This document shows, in pieces, positions 52,014 to 62,100 of a stretch of 64,000 bases of DNA (within the stretch, counting starts at the first letter, position 1; the number at the start of each line of letters is the position of its first letter). Location of the stretch: contig CDRNVI010000044.1 in NCBI GenBank assembly GCA_977017575.1, positions 496,001 to 560,000 of the forward strand, read 5' to 3'. The notes under the pieces were generated by a model. That model saw nothing but the letters and a program-made list of their open reading frames with translations. It had not been told where the DNA came from and made no database searches. The position numbers were made by a program, and so were the translations under genes. The DNA comes from Paramoeba atlantica. Lineage: Eukaryota > Protista > Discosea.

Positions 52014-52661
52014 TTAAAAACTATTTCGCCTCCGAATATATAACGCCAACTTCTTCTTCTCTACCAGCCTTTGAATGAGTGCCTTACCCTTTTTACGCAT
52101 CTGTGCTGCCTCGTTTGAAAGTGCATTGCGTTGAGCGGCTGAGAGCTTCTGATATTCGAAAGATACTTGCTTTACCGCCGCGCGGAAACAAGCCATACGG
52201 TCCTTGTGATTTTCCTTCTCTGCCTCTAATATCGCTGGTATGGTACGCTGCACGAACAAAGTATAAGGAGAGAAGCGTGCGCTTTTGACTTGTGATACGA
52301 GCGCCTTCTTCTGTTTCATATTCTCGGCGGCAATCTTGCTGAGGGATTCAACTTGAGCAGGAGGCAAAGCTTTAAAAGCGTCATGTGCTCCGGTAATATT
52401 TTTTGGGCCACGCGTTCCACCTTTGAAAATCTTTGAGATAAATACGCGCAACGCACATGTCGGTGCTGAGTTCCCAGCCCACGGCTTCTTGGTAACTCTA
52501 CGACGAAGCTTTACTATGTTCTCGGCGAGGCTTGGAAGCACACGAGAAAACATTATTGATAGAAAGACAGGGAAAAGATGATCGTGTAAGATATAAATTA
52601 CGCATATTTCTCCTTGTGCTTTATTCCACTTTCTTATGTTGCCTGATTGGTTTGAAAACAT
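52014..52661 (-). CDS. Kinetoplast-associated protein (KAP3/KAP4-like basic HMG-box-like kDNA-binding protein)
   Basis: K/A/R-rich; presequence-like MFSRVLPSL (ATG 52553); two HMG-like units (CALRVFISKIF...AFKALPPAQ and FSPYTLFVQR...EYQKLSAAQRNAL). Confidence 0.7.
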   Translation of the reverse strand: MFSNQSGNIRKWNKAQGEICVIYILHDHLFPVFLSIMFSRVLPSLAENIVKLRRRVTKKPWAGNSAPTCALRVFISKIFKGGTRGPKNITGAHDAFKALPPAQVESLSKIAAENMKQKKALVSQVKSARFSPYTLFVQRTIPAILEAEKENHKDRMACFRAAVKQVSFEYQKLSAAQRNALSNEAAQMRKKGKALIQRLVEKKKLALYIRRRNSF

Positions 52662-53007
52662 TTTAAATATTGCGGTGGTTGCACACCGTGAATAACTGCC
52701 GCTCTATCCTCGATTATTGTAAAGGAGGTGTAAAAAAACGAAACAATTAAGTTAAGACTGAACTTTAAAAAGAGAGAAGATATTTAAAAGAGGAACAACA
52801 TAGCACATCAAAGTTGAAGTGTGGGGTGAATTTGTCTTCCCCATGTCTTCTCATGTCATAACCCGGGGTGCGGGTTAATAAAAAAATTCCTATTTAAATA
52901 TTAAGCTGCAAGAGAAAACGGTTTATATATTAATGTGCAAACAGGTTAATATTTAAAAAAAAGTTAAATATTAGCTTGCAATATAAATATTGAAGCGAAT
53001 TTAAATA

Positions 53008-53341
53008 CTATACCTCCCCTGCTTATGAGCTCCTCGGTTTTGAGAAAAAGGAACTCATAAGCGTACCAGACCTGAATTCGAGCCATAAAAACGCGAAAAT
53101 TTGGGCCCGCGCCGCGAAGCGCCGCGAGTTCTCCTTGACAATGATACTGGCGTTAAAAAGATTATCCGCTCAATGAGCGAGCTTGTAGAGCAGCCTGACG
53201 TACGGCTGTTGGGATTTTTATGAATTTTATTCAGTGCAAAAAAAAATCGCTTCGCGAAAAGTGGGTACAAAACATTCGACTTAGAAAAAGGAACTCATAA
53301 GCGTACCAGAATTGGGGAACTCATAAGCAGGGGGGGTATAG
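53008..53341. mobile_element. MITE M3 (334 bp, TA target duplication)
   Basis: TA|CTATACCTCCCCTGCTTATGAG ... CTCATAAGCAGGGGGGGTATAG|TA; internal direct repeat AAAAAGGAACTCATAAGCGTACCAGA twice. Confidence 0.8.
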
Positions 53342-53359
53342 TATTAATCCGCATTTAAA

Positions 53360-53737
53360 TACTGTACCCCCCGTTTATAATAGTCCCGCTTTTTCCCAAA
53401 TGAACCTATAAAGGGGGGAGGGCGATGGAAGATTAAAGGTTGGCACAGAAATCGCCCTGCAATTGGGAGCGAGGAACCAGGAATTATTCAATCTCTAAGT
53501 GGGATCCGGAGCTCTGCCAATGCAAAATGTCCAGCACGACCCCGCGCCATACCTCGAAGAACCATTTGAAAATATCAAAATATTTAACAGGTGCAAGAAA
53601 ATTGAAAAAATCTTCCTCGATTTTCCAAAAAAAGAACCTATAAAGGGGGGAGGGGTCGAGGCTGTTATAAGCAGGGGGGTACAGTATATAAAACATACAG
53701 GGGGGTGCACAAAAATATGAGCGGGGGTCAAAATTCT
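53360..53737 (-). repeat. Right arm of the ~380-bp inverted repeat (MITE M1b, 53362-53684, plus 40 bp of Tc1-type end)
   Basis: Reverse complement of 50685-51064. Confidence 0.95.
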
Positions 53738-53799
53738 ATTTTTCAAAGACGCAGAAATATTTTAAAATAATAAATATTTTCAGACCAGAAATATAAATT

Positions 53800-54645
53800 T
53801 TACGACTCATCTGTGGTGATATCCGAGTAGTCGCTATACCAACTTGATAAGGAAGTCGAAGTCTCACTTGAACTGTAGTCCCCTGAATTAGCCGCTTTTT
53901 GTGGTAAATACTTTATATACGACGGCAACTCCACATCCGGAGCATAGTAAGAAAAGCGGTTGCGTCGCAAATCCACATGTACGATCACATCTGTATTTTT
54001 TGATTCCAATAAAGGTTTCAAATCCACAACCCCTTCAAGACAGTTGCGATGGAGGCCTAAATATTTCATAGTCTCCGGAAGTTTGTCTAATTTTATAGTC
54101 CCTGTAAATAAATTGCGATCAAGAAGCAGCTGGCATAGCATCGGTGGAAGGGCAGTTAGGTTTATGTCACCGGAAAGTCGATTACTCCGGACCATCAGTT
54201 GAGTGAGCGTTCGAGGCAGAGTCGTAAGATCTAGTGCCCCAGACAAAAAATTATTCTCGGCACTAAAATGATTTAACTGTTCGGGGAACTGTATCTCAGT
54301 TATGGCACCCTCGAGGCTTCTGTGTCCTACCACGGCTAAATGAAGCAGACTTTTGGGTAAATTAGCCCAAGAGAGGTGTCCACGTAATTGAAGTGTGCGA
54401 TAATTTTGATACCATGATATTCCGATAATTGTTTGTGTAGAATCGCACACAATTCCTAACCAGGTACATATGGAAACTTTCTTTACTTTGCCGAACCATC
54501 CTTTTTTTGTAGTTTTCCACGATTTCGGTCTTTCGAGAATGGGTGACACAAACCGTTCCATCATATCTTCCTGTGGAAGCAATAAAGAAGAGACCTTACC
54601 ACGTCTCATGTCAGAGCCATCGTCAGCGCTGTAAACACTAAACAT
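53800..54645 (-). CDS. Leucine-rich-repeat protein, paralog of 21601-22344
   Basis: LRRNT-like CTWLGIVCD; repeats LPRTLTQLMVRSNRLSGDINLTA and LPPMLCQLLLDRNLFTGTIKLDK. Confidence 0.85.
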   Translation of the reverse strand: MFSVYSADDGSDMRRGKVSSLLLPQEDMMERFVSPILERPKSWKTTKKGWFGKVKKVSICTWLGIVCDSTQTIIGISWYQNYRTLQLRGHLSWANLPKSLLHLAVVGHRSLEGAITEIQFPEQLNHFSAENNFLSGALDLTTLPRTLTQLMVRSNRLSGDINLTALPPMLCQLLLDRNLFTGTIKLDKLPETMKYLGLHRNCLEGVVDLKPLLESKNTDVIVHVDLRRNRFSYYAPDVELPSYIKYLPQKAANSGDYSSSETSTSLSSWYSDYSDITTDES

Positions 54646-54786
54646 TAAGCAGAAGTTGTATTGAACTTGATATTGAACTCCAAAATTAGAGCTTGGTCGG
54701 AGTTTTAAAATAATTCAAGGACCTTTGCATAAGTAAAGGACTATTCTTTTTACCTTTAGAATGACTATGGGAATAGATAATTTTTT

Positions 54787-54882
54787 AGGCTCTTCGTTAA
54801 ACGCGGTGGTTGCTTTCAACTTAGAAGTCACTCATGCTGAGCGCTTCGCGTTGAAAACTACCGCCGCGTTTAACGAAGAGCC
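54787..54882. mobile_element. 96-bp hairpin MITE with GGC termini
   Basis: TTA|GGCTCTTCGTTAAACGCGG ... CCGCGTTTAACGAAGAGCC|TAA; about 34-bp arms. Confidence 0.8.
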
Positions 54883-55485
54883 TAAAAAATAAAATTTAGC
54901 CTGGAAAACGGAAAGATTATAGCCAAAAATAGCCGAATTTCGGGTACAAATGGGGTCATTTTCGCATATTTTTGCTCTCAGAGCACTAAATCCGACATTT
55001 GCGCGTGGGAAATCACTCACAGGCATGAATGAAAGCCTACCGAACGTATTGGGTAGAGAATGCGACTCCAACCATACCATTCTTTCGACACAAAAATGCC
55101 CCTTTAGGTCCGAAAAATACTTTTTCACCTTTTTTAGTCAAAAGTGGGTCATTTTGGGGGGCGCACCACAGTTCGAAGAAGTGATACCTTGCGAAAACAA
55201 CTGCTTAGAAAGCTAGTGTACGTCCCAAACTATCAAAATACAATAGGGGAAACGATTTTGGAAAAATAGTTTTTTTGTCATTTTTTTCGCCAAATTGAAA
55301 TTTTTTTCAAAAAAGTTTTTCCGAAAAAATCCGAACTTGGCGGACCCGTCCTGCGGATACGCGGGGGGGTCACCCCCGGGTAGGGGGGTGGAAAATGCGC
55401 GCCAAGACCCCGGCTACCCTTTCTGCGGTTTTTTTTCGAAAACTAATTTTTTCGAAAAAATTTGATCGACCATGCCCCACCCCCC

Positions 55486-55535
55486 TGGACCCCCCCCCCT
55501 GGACCCCCCCCCTGGACCCCCCCATGGACCCCCCA
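55486..55535 (-). repeat. (TGGACCCCCCC)x4 tandem; G-quadruplex-prone on the minus strand
   Basis: Four runs of 6-10 C separated by TGGA. Confidence 0.8.
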
Positions 55536-55799
55536 TTTTTTTCAAAATTTTTTTTCAGTTTTGGACCACCGGAGCCCCCTTTTATATTTTTTTCTTCTAT
55601 TATATTACTGTGTTCCTCTTTATATTTTCACTGTTTTTGTTCACTTTTTTTTCAATAATCGAGTGTAGAGCGGTAGTTTTACAACCACCGCAATAAGGAC
55701 TTTTACATAAGTTAAGCACTATTACATAAGTAAGGGACTATTGCATAAGTGAAGGAATATAGAACCTGAGTTGAAATCCTACGAAAGTACGACGCTTTT

Positions 55800-56850
55800 A
55801 TGCCAGAAGGTAGCGTCAACTGGTTTTGCGAGGGGTGTGACGACTTTGAGTGCGTAAAAGCAATGTCATTTTCGTGCTTTGGAAGTACCACAGAAGAGGT
55901 GCGAGCACGCTGGCTCCAAAATCACAAGCTTGTGGCCCAGCAAGTATGGTGCCAAAAAGAGAAACATCATGCCGATAAAGAAATCATGTGCGTTCATGAA
56001 GGTACCTATTGGTACTGCCCGTACATGGATTCACTAGAATGTCGCGCACGCTACAGCTCGATGGAGCCTTAAATCTACAGAGTAAATGAAGTCTAAAAGA
56101 CACCCTAATGGTGTTGTACGGACTGATTGAAGGTCTATCTTAGCAGCATCTGTCGCACGAGACCACACTCAGCAGAATTACCATTGTCAAGCTATTCCAG
56201 TTCTTCGAATTTGATGTGAGTATCGCACACGACATGCGCTTTGATGCTGCGAAAGGTACCGTCTTATTCATGCAGAAAGACGAAACCTGTGTTTCGCGAA
56301 TTAAGCGTATGGGGTGTGGGCGCGGCAAAGGAGTCCGACGCGACGGATCCTGGTATCATGCTTTGGTTCACTGAGACGAAATACCCGATGAAGATGGTCG
56401 TATTCATTATCCAATGAAAGAAATCTTCGTGAAGTACCTGGAGAGCACAGATGCTGCAACGATGACGCCGCACGTACGCCACCTGGCAAAGAACTCCCGT
56501 TGCCAAATCTACGCAGACAGCGCCTGCGCAAACAAATGCTTGAGTGTGAATGGCGTCACGGCGCCATGAATCACCACAAAGAGTGGGTAACTGTCTCAGG
56601 TATCCATACAAATACCGTTGAACATGCCAATGGGCTCCTTAAAAAAGAGCAGAAAGCTCGAGGCTGTCGCCTTGGCAACGATGAAATCTCACGAGTTCAT
56701 CGCATAATATTCTTTGCAGAAGTCGCCAACGGTTCCCCTTCCATCAACAGTGGTTCACGTGTACGTCGTATCTTCGAAGATGTTTGTTCCTTCTGCAAGG
56801 GAGTAAGCTTTTTCCGCAGCGACGAAGGCAGTGATTCGGATTCCGAATAG
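55800..56850 (+). pseudogene. Merlin (IS1595/ISXO2-like) transposase relic, copy 1
   Basis: N-terminal WLQNHKLVAQQVWC..C Zn region; QKDETC; STDAATM; QIYADS; MNHHKEWVTVSGIHTNTVEH; stops and frameshifts. Confidence 0.75.
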
Positions 56851-57057
56851 AAAACAATAATACATGTATACTCATTGTCCGTAGGTAACAACATGTAACT
56901 GTACCTTCTCAATTCTGTACAGATTCAGGGTGTTTCTTTCAAGATCCTGTGCATCTTCACGTTGATTACTCACGTCGACAATGCCTAGCCTATTTTCTGC
57001 TCGACCGGTAGGATCATAGGAAAATAAATACACATTCCTGCGGAAGTGGTAGACATA

Positions 57058-58616
57058 CAGGGGTGGGCGCCTTCAGAGTGGGGGGGTCTAAAATTCGTAA
57101 AACTTGACCAATTCTGGAAAGTAATAGCGCATTCGAGAGCTCTCAAATAGTCTGGTGTAATGGCAACATCCGTTTCCCGTTTTTAGACATTCGAGATAAA
57201 TGACAGAAAAACAAGGAATTTATTTTTCCCCGAAGATGCAATTTTTCAGTTTTTTTGGCTTTTTTTAGTTTTTTTGCGCCGTTAATGCCTCAGAAACGTG
57301 TACGATCGCGAACATCACGGTTTCCCTTCCAGAGAGATGCTTATTCACCACCTGGGAAGGTAAGGCCGTCGCATCGCATGCTTCTCGTAGACCATTACTT
57401 TCGTTCTGGCTCCTACAATGCTACAGCACGCCACTTTGAAGTAGCGGAGAGCACTGTGAAGCGATGGGTCATTCGTTACAGCGAAACTGGTGATGTCGAA
57501 AGCATTCCCAGACGTCCGAATTTTACAGTTAGGACATCACTGTTTATCGGAGAAGCACTCCGCATAGTAGATGAGGGTACACGGGATCTTCCTTATGGTG
57601 TGGAATCATGGTGCGCTCTACATCGCGAACTTCTATCCAGAGGGTTTCAGTGTTCCAGACACACTTTGGCTCGAGCTTTGAAGCCCGATATTATCCTCCG
57701 CGTAGTTCAGCGTAAACCACGACTAACCCAACAGCATAAAGACGTTAGAGTCCGATTCTGTAAGGACATGTTGGGCTGGAGCGAACACCAGCTTGATAAT
57801 ATTATTTGGTGTGATGAGAAAAAGTTTACCTGCAAGAAGTCTACCAAAAACACCTACCTTTGCCGACGGTCCGACCCTGTAAAAGAGCAGCTAGGTGAGC
57901 TGGAAGCGTGGGTAGGGGGCGATGGTATAATGGTGTGGATGGGGGTAAACATAAAGCATGTATTTCATCTGCACATTTTTCCTAATAGAGATGAGCAGGG
58001 AAATAGAGTTACTGTGAACGGGGCTGTTTTCGAAGCTGCCATGACCAAGCGTAATGGTCTTTTGAACTACCTACACAGGCACCGTGCAGTTGTTGCTATG
58101 GACAATTGCCCTGCGCACAACTTGGCAAGGCGTACTTTTCAGCAGCAAAACGTGCGAACGCTCCCCTGGCCCGCAAAGTCACCGGATCTCAACCCCATCG
58201 AAAACTTGTGGAATATCATGGATCAGCACAAGGATCGCATGCGACCACGCAATCGCGCAGATCTCCTCTCTTCTATCGAGAGTGCATACGAGGCACTTCA
58301 AACCGATCTCAAAAGTACTTGCGTGAAGACCATAAAGAGTGTCTCCAAGCGCTTTCAAATCGTTATTGAGAAAAAAGGGGGAAATTGTGGGTACTGAGAT
58401 TTTTTTTTGGAAAAAAAGGACTTTTTCGCTTAAAAAATAAAGTTGCAATTCGTGTTTGGGACCATTCTAGCTTTCTTTGATTCCCGTAAACTTTCGCAGA
58501 GTGCTTTTTACGATTACACCAGACTGTTTGAGAGCTCTCGAATGCGCTATTACTTTCCAAAATTGAACAAGTTTTACGAATTTTAGACCCCCCCACTCTG
58601 AAGGTGCCCACCCATG
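57058..58616 (+). mobile_element. Full-length Tc1/IS630-type DNA transposon, 1559 bp, ~105-bp TIRs, TA target duplication
   Basis: TA|CAGGGGTGGGCGCCTTCAGAGTGGGGGG... and ...CACTCTGAAGGTGCCCACCCATG|TA; long imperfect TIRs; intact ORF inside. Confidence 0.95.
57285..58397 (+). CDS. Intact Tc1-like transposase with a DD32E triad
   Basis: 370 aa from ATG 57285; HTH (SYNATARHFEVAESTVKRWV); IIWCDEKKF, MVWMG, VAMDNCPAH and WPAKSPDLNPIENLW; 32 residues between the second D and E. Confidence 0.93.
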   Translation: MPQKRVRSRTSRFPFQRDAYSPPGKVRPSHRMLLVDHYFRSGSYNATARHFEVAESTVKRWVIRYSETGDVESIPRRPNFTVRTSLFIGEALRIVDEGTRDLPYGVESWCALHRELLSRGFQCSRHTLARALKPDIILRVVQRKPRLTQQHKDVRVRFCKDMLGWSEHQLDNIIWCDEKKFTCKKSTKNTYLCRRSDPVKEQLGELEAWVGGDGIMVWMGVNIKHVFHLHIFPNRDEQGNRVTVNGAVFEAAMTKRNGLLNYLHRHRAVVAMDNCPAHNLARRTFQQQNVRTLPWPAKSPDLNPIENLWNIMDQHKDRMRPRNRADLLSSIESAYEALQTDLKSTCVKTIKSVSKRFQIVIEKKGGNCGY

Positions 58617-58661
58617 TAGGTTCATATATGAATTCATATAGGCATGATGTACTTGCCTATA

Positions 58662-59602
58662 CAGGGGTGCGGGTCTAAAGGTGGGGGGGGTCTAAAATTC
58701 GTAAAAGTTGTCGAATTTTGGAAAATAATAGCGCATTGGATAGCTCTCACAGAGTTGTGTGTTTTAGGCGAATTAAAATCCTGCGATTTTAACGTACATA
58801 TTTTTTGATACCATATTTCGCTTTTTTCCCTTGCAGAAATTACATTTTTTACTAGAAAATGCCCCAAAAGCGCGCTCGCTCGAGGACTTCCCGTGGAGTA
58901 CTGAGCGATAGATCGTATTCTTCCCCCGCCCCCGTCAAAGAGAGCCACCGCATGCTTTTGGTGGCGGAATACGAGCGCACAGGATCGTACTCCGCTACGG
59001 CACAGCACTTTGGTGTTCATGAGAACACTGTAAAACGTTGGGTTGAACGTTTTACCCTTACGGGTGACGTGTTAACGGCATCCCGAGAGCGTGTTTCGAC
59101 GGTGGTTACTCCTGCGTTCCTGGATGTGGCTCTTAAGCTTGTCGACGAGGGGTATGACCTTGTTTACGGCGTAGAGAGCTGGAGCGCTCTTCTGGTCTGT
59201 GATGGACACAGACAAAAATCTTCTTCGACCCCGAAATCGACAGCAACTGGAAGCCGCTATTGAGGGGTCTTTCCTTAAATTGAAACAGACCCACTCTGCA
59301 ACGGTTAAGAAAACGTTGAAGAGTTTCAGGAAGCGTTGTGAAATTGTTATTAGTCGGAACGGGGGGCACTGTGGTTACTAATTGTCTTTTGCAATCCAAA
59401 TTACAGAAATTATTGACACCACTAAAGTATTGCAATATGTGTTTTTGACCCTTACATGAAAGGGGGGTACCCCCCAAACCCCGGAAGCTACCTGTCCTAA
59501 AACATACAACTCTGTGAGAGCTATCCAATGCGCTATTATTTTCCAAAATTGGACAACTTTTACGAATTTTAGACCCCCCCCACCTTTAGACCCGCACCCC
59601 TG
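58662..59602 (+). mobile_element. Internally deleted Tc1-like element of a sister subfamily (941 bp)
   Basis: TA|CAGGGGTGCGGGTCTAAAGGTGGGGG ... CCTTTAGACCCGCACCCCTG|TA. The N-terminal ORF 58859 (MPQKRARSRTSR) and the C-terminal tail (RPRNRQQL...GGHCGY*) are homologous to 57285-58397; the DDE core is missing. Confidence 0.92.
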
Positions 59603-60033
59603 TATGTATGCCTATATGTACTTGCCTCATCGGCCCACGATTTTCTGGGGAATATTCAGACATAGAGATGATGATTCGAAGATCGCAATTTAATGAAACT
59701 AATAGCTAAGACGTGCAACAACATGGGGTTAATAAATTGATGCAATCGATAAAAAACTATGAAAATAAAATTCGGGAAAAATGAATTTCACTGTCTCATA
59801 CTCATTCTCTTTCCACAGAGTGCAACTCTCTTCTTCGTGCTTCCTTTGCCGCCAGATTCTTTTGCTTTAGCTGAGCCTTCGTTGATTTTAAGTATGTCCT
59901 CTGTGACTTTGATCCATGCGCAGAACATTTTTCTATCCGGCTAACGCCCTTTTGTCTTAAAGCAGACTTTCACGTTTCTCGATAGTCCGCTATATCCAAC
60001 TGATCTGCTGCATCGCCTTTCTGGAATGTGCAG

Positions 60034-60660
60034 TCACAATCCGGACGACTTCCATTCCAGCACAATCGGGGCAATAGCGGACAAAACCTCTACAGAATCA
60101 GAACACAGCTGAGATTTGTGAAGTTCCCAATCGATGCGCTCAGCATTCCACAATATTCGAAATGCTGATTTGACGAAGTCCACTTCGTGCTGATTGTAGT
60201 GAAACAGCTTGTGTTTGTCAATGTGTGCAAAGAACTGTTGAACTCTCTTCAATATCGAACCGTTCAATTCCATATCGAATTGATCATCCACGGTGTCTCC
60301 CATTTCTTGACAGAAACAATGCCGCACGTTTCTGTACGCCTTGTCGGCCATTATTTCACCTTTCTTGTGGGAAAAGACATGCACATCTGAGTTGGCGAAG
60401 CATTCACTGTCGTGCATCCGCCCTTCGAATGGGCCATCCCACGCCAAAGGGCGACCATCCATCATTAACAACACTTGGAAAGTCCAATATTTTGTCGAGT
60501 GCTTTCCTACAGAAAATAGAAGACTGGAAAGACCACATCGTAATTTCGAGGAGTAGAAAACGCACACTAAACTATCTTTCGCGCTTCCAGGATGAATACT
60601 CGCTTCGATAATCTTTGATTATCTGGCAACGAGCTTCTTTTTAGTGACGCTCTGATGAGC
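60034..60660 (-). pseudogene. PIF/Harbinger-ISL2EU (DDE_Tnp_4-like) transposase relic
   Basis: KDSLVCV...FSVGKHSTKYWTFQV, DGPFEGRMHDS, IMADKAY and KRVQQFF (third acidic residue appears as Q); upstream in-frame stop. Confidence 0.7.
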
Positions 60661-61029
60661 TCCTGAACAGAAGTTTGCAGTGCTTCCACATCTTTGCCGA
60701 ACATCTTTTTAATTGTTTGAATTTCCACTTGCAGTTCTCTTTGTTATATAAAATAAAAATTATATCAAATTTATATTTATAAGAATTAATGAACTGGGGT
60801 ATTCTCTTTGGTCGGTTCCCTTAGTTGGCGGACGTTCGAACAAACTTTTGTGGATCTCCCAGGTACGGGTTACTCTCAGCTTTTCGCCGTGGATGTAGGC
60901 GGGCTGATTGACTCATTGAAAAGGAATAACGCTAAAAAAGGTACTGTACTGACTATTAAAACATGCATGTATGTAACATAAAATACGTTGTGCAAACAAA
61001 TTATTTTCATACTTTAAGTACAGAAAATA

Positions 61030-61935
61030 CAGGGGTCCGAAAAGTACTTCAAAAACTATAAATAAATAGGCAACCATTTTCGGCCTTCGGACTGGTACCT
61101 CGCTCGTCAGGTGGTCTATGGCAGGGAATGATCAAAGGTCAAGAGGGTTATGTCAGACAGTTTTTTCAAAAACCTATCTTCTTTGCTGCGGATGCACACC
61201 AAAACGGTTTGCAGCTTGGCAAATATCCATTGCACGTCCCAATATTATGAACAAGTTAGAATACGCAATATGGGAAAATCATAGAATGGACGTCGCCGAA
61301 GCGTTGGCCCTAGAACTGGAAGTAAACAACTCGATGGATTTGAAGCCAACTTTAGTTAGTATTGCATCTGATAATAATGTGGTAAGCCGTAGTTTGGACA
61401 AGGGTTTTAACTCTTCTTGTGGCGTTGGCATAATAATAAACGAATTAACACAACGAAGTATTCTTGAGGGAATGAAATAGTGAAGGCAGATGTAGCGTCA
61501 CGAGAAAATACTGGTGACATACATAGGTACGCGACTTGACAATAACTACAGGGACTTTGGTTTCTGAAATACCTTATCTCTCTGTCTTAGTCGGAACGTG
61601 GAGTGCTGGGCCCAGATGCCACCTCGTCTTACCTCCGAACCAAGCCCAAACGTTCGTGCTACACGACCCTCGATCAGTCAACAAACCTCTGTTGAACGGT
61701 CGAGCCGTTAAACGCCTATATGAAACTCTATAGACAAAAAAACATTTATGTTTGAGGCAATAAATCACTAAGGAATATTTTATTACACAGATGAAAATAT
61801 TTAAAATGTTATCTGTCACTCTTCAATTGTCGAAAACTCTAGGTGAAAAATGTAGTTTTTCAGTATATAGCATGAAAAAAAATATAGTACTATAAAGTAC
61901 TATATTCATAGTTTTTGAAGTTTTTCGGTCCCCTG
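61030..61935. mobile_element. TIR-bounded relic carrying a possible Mutator-like transposase fragment
   Basis: CAGGGGTCCGAAAAGTACTTCAAAAACTAT at about 61030 is inverted at 61909-61935; ORF 61118 contains KGFNSSCGVGIIINELTQ, reminiscent of RGxxSxxGVxxxIxxxTG. Confidence 0.4.
61737..61903 (+). repeat. ~165-bp direct repeat, second copy at about 63270-63435
   Basis: AAAAACATTTATGTTTGAGGCAATAAATCACTAAGGAATA...TATAAAGTACTA occurs twice with scattered substitutions, bracketing Merlin copy 2. Confidence 0.85.
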
Positions 61936-62100
61936 GATGAACCCCTCCAGTACTATTTCGCTTACCGGTATGTCAAAAATCATTGAAAGTAATCCCCCGA
62001 AGGCAAGCGAATAAAACCGTTTTGAGCTTTGATCGTCGACTAGAAGTCCGCGTGAAGTACAAAAGAAAAAAAATGGATAAGTGGCAATAGTCTATAGAAA

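Noticed and set aside
61015-61028. Second partial SL-like match (reverse TTTCTGTACT)
   Set aside because: Only 10 nt; expected by chance.
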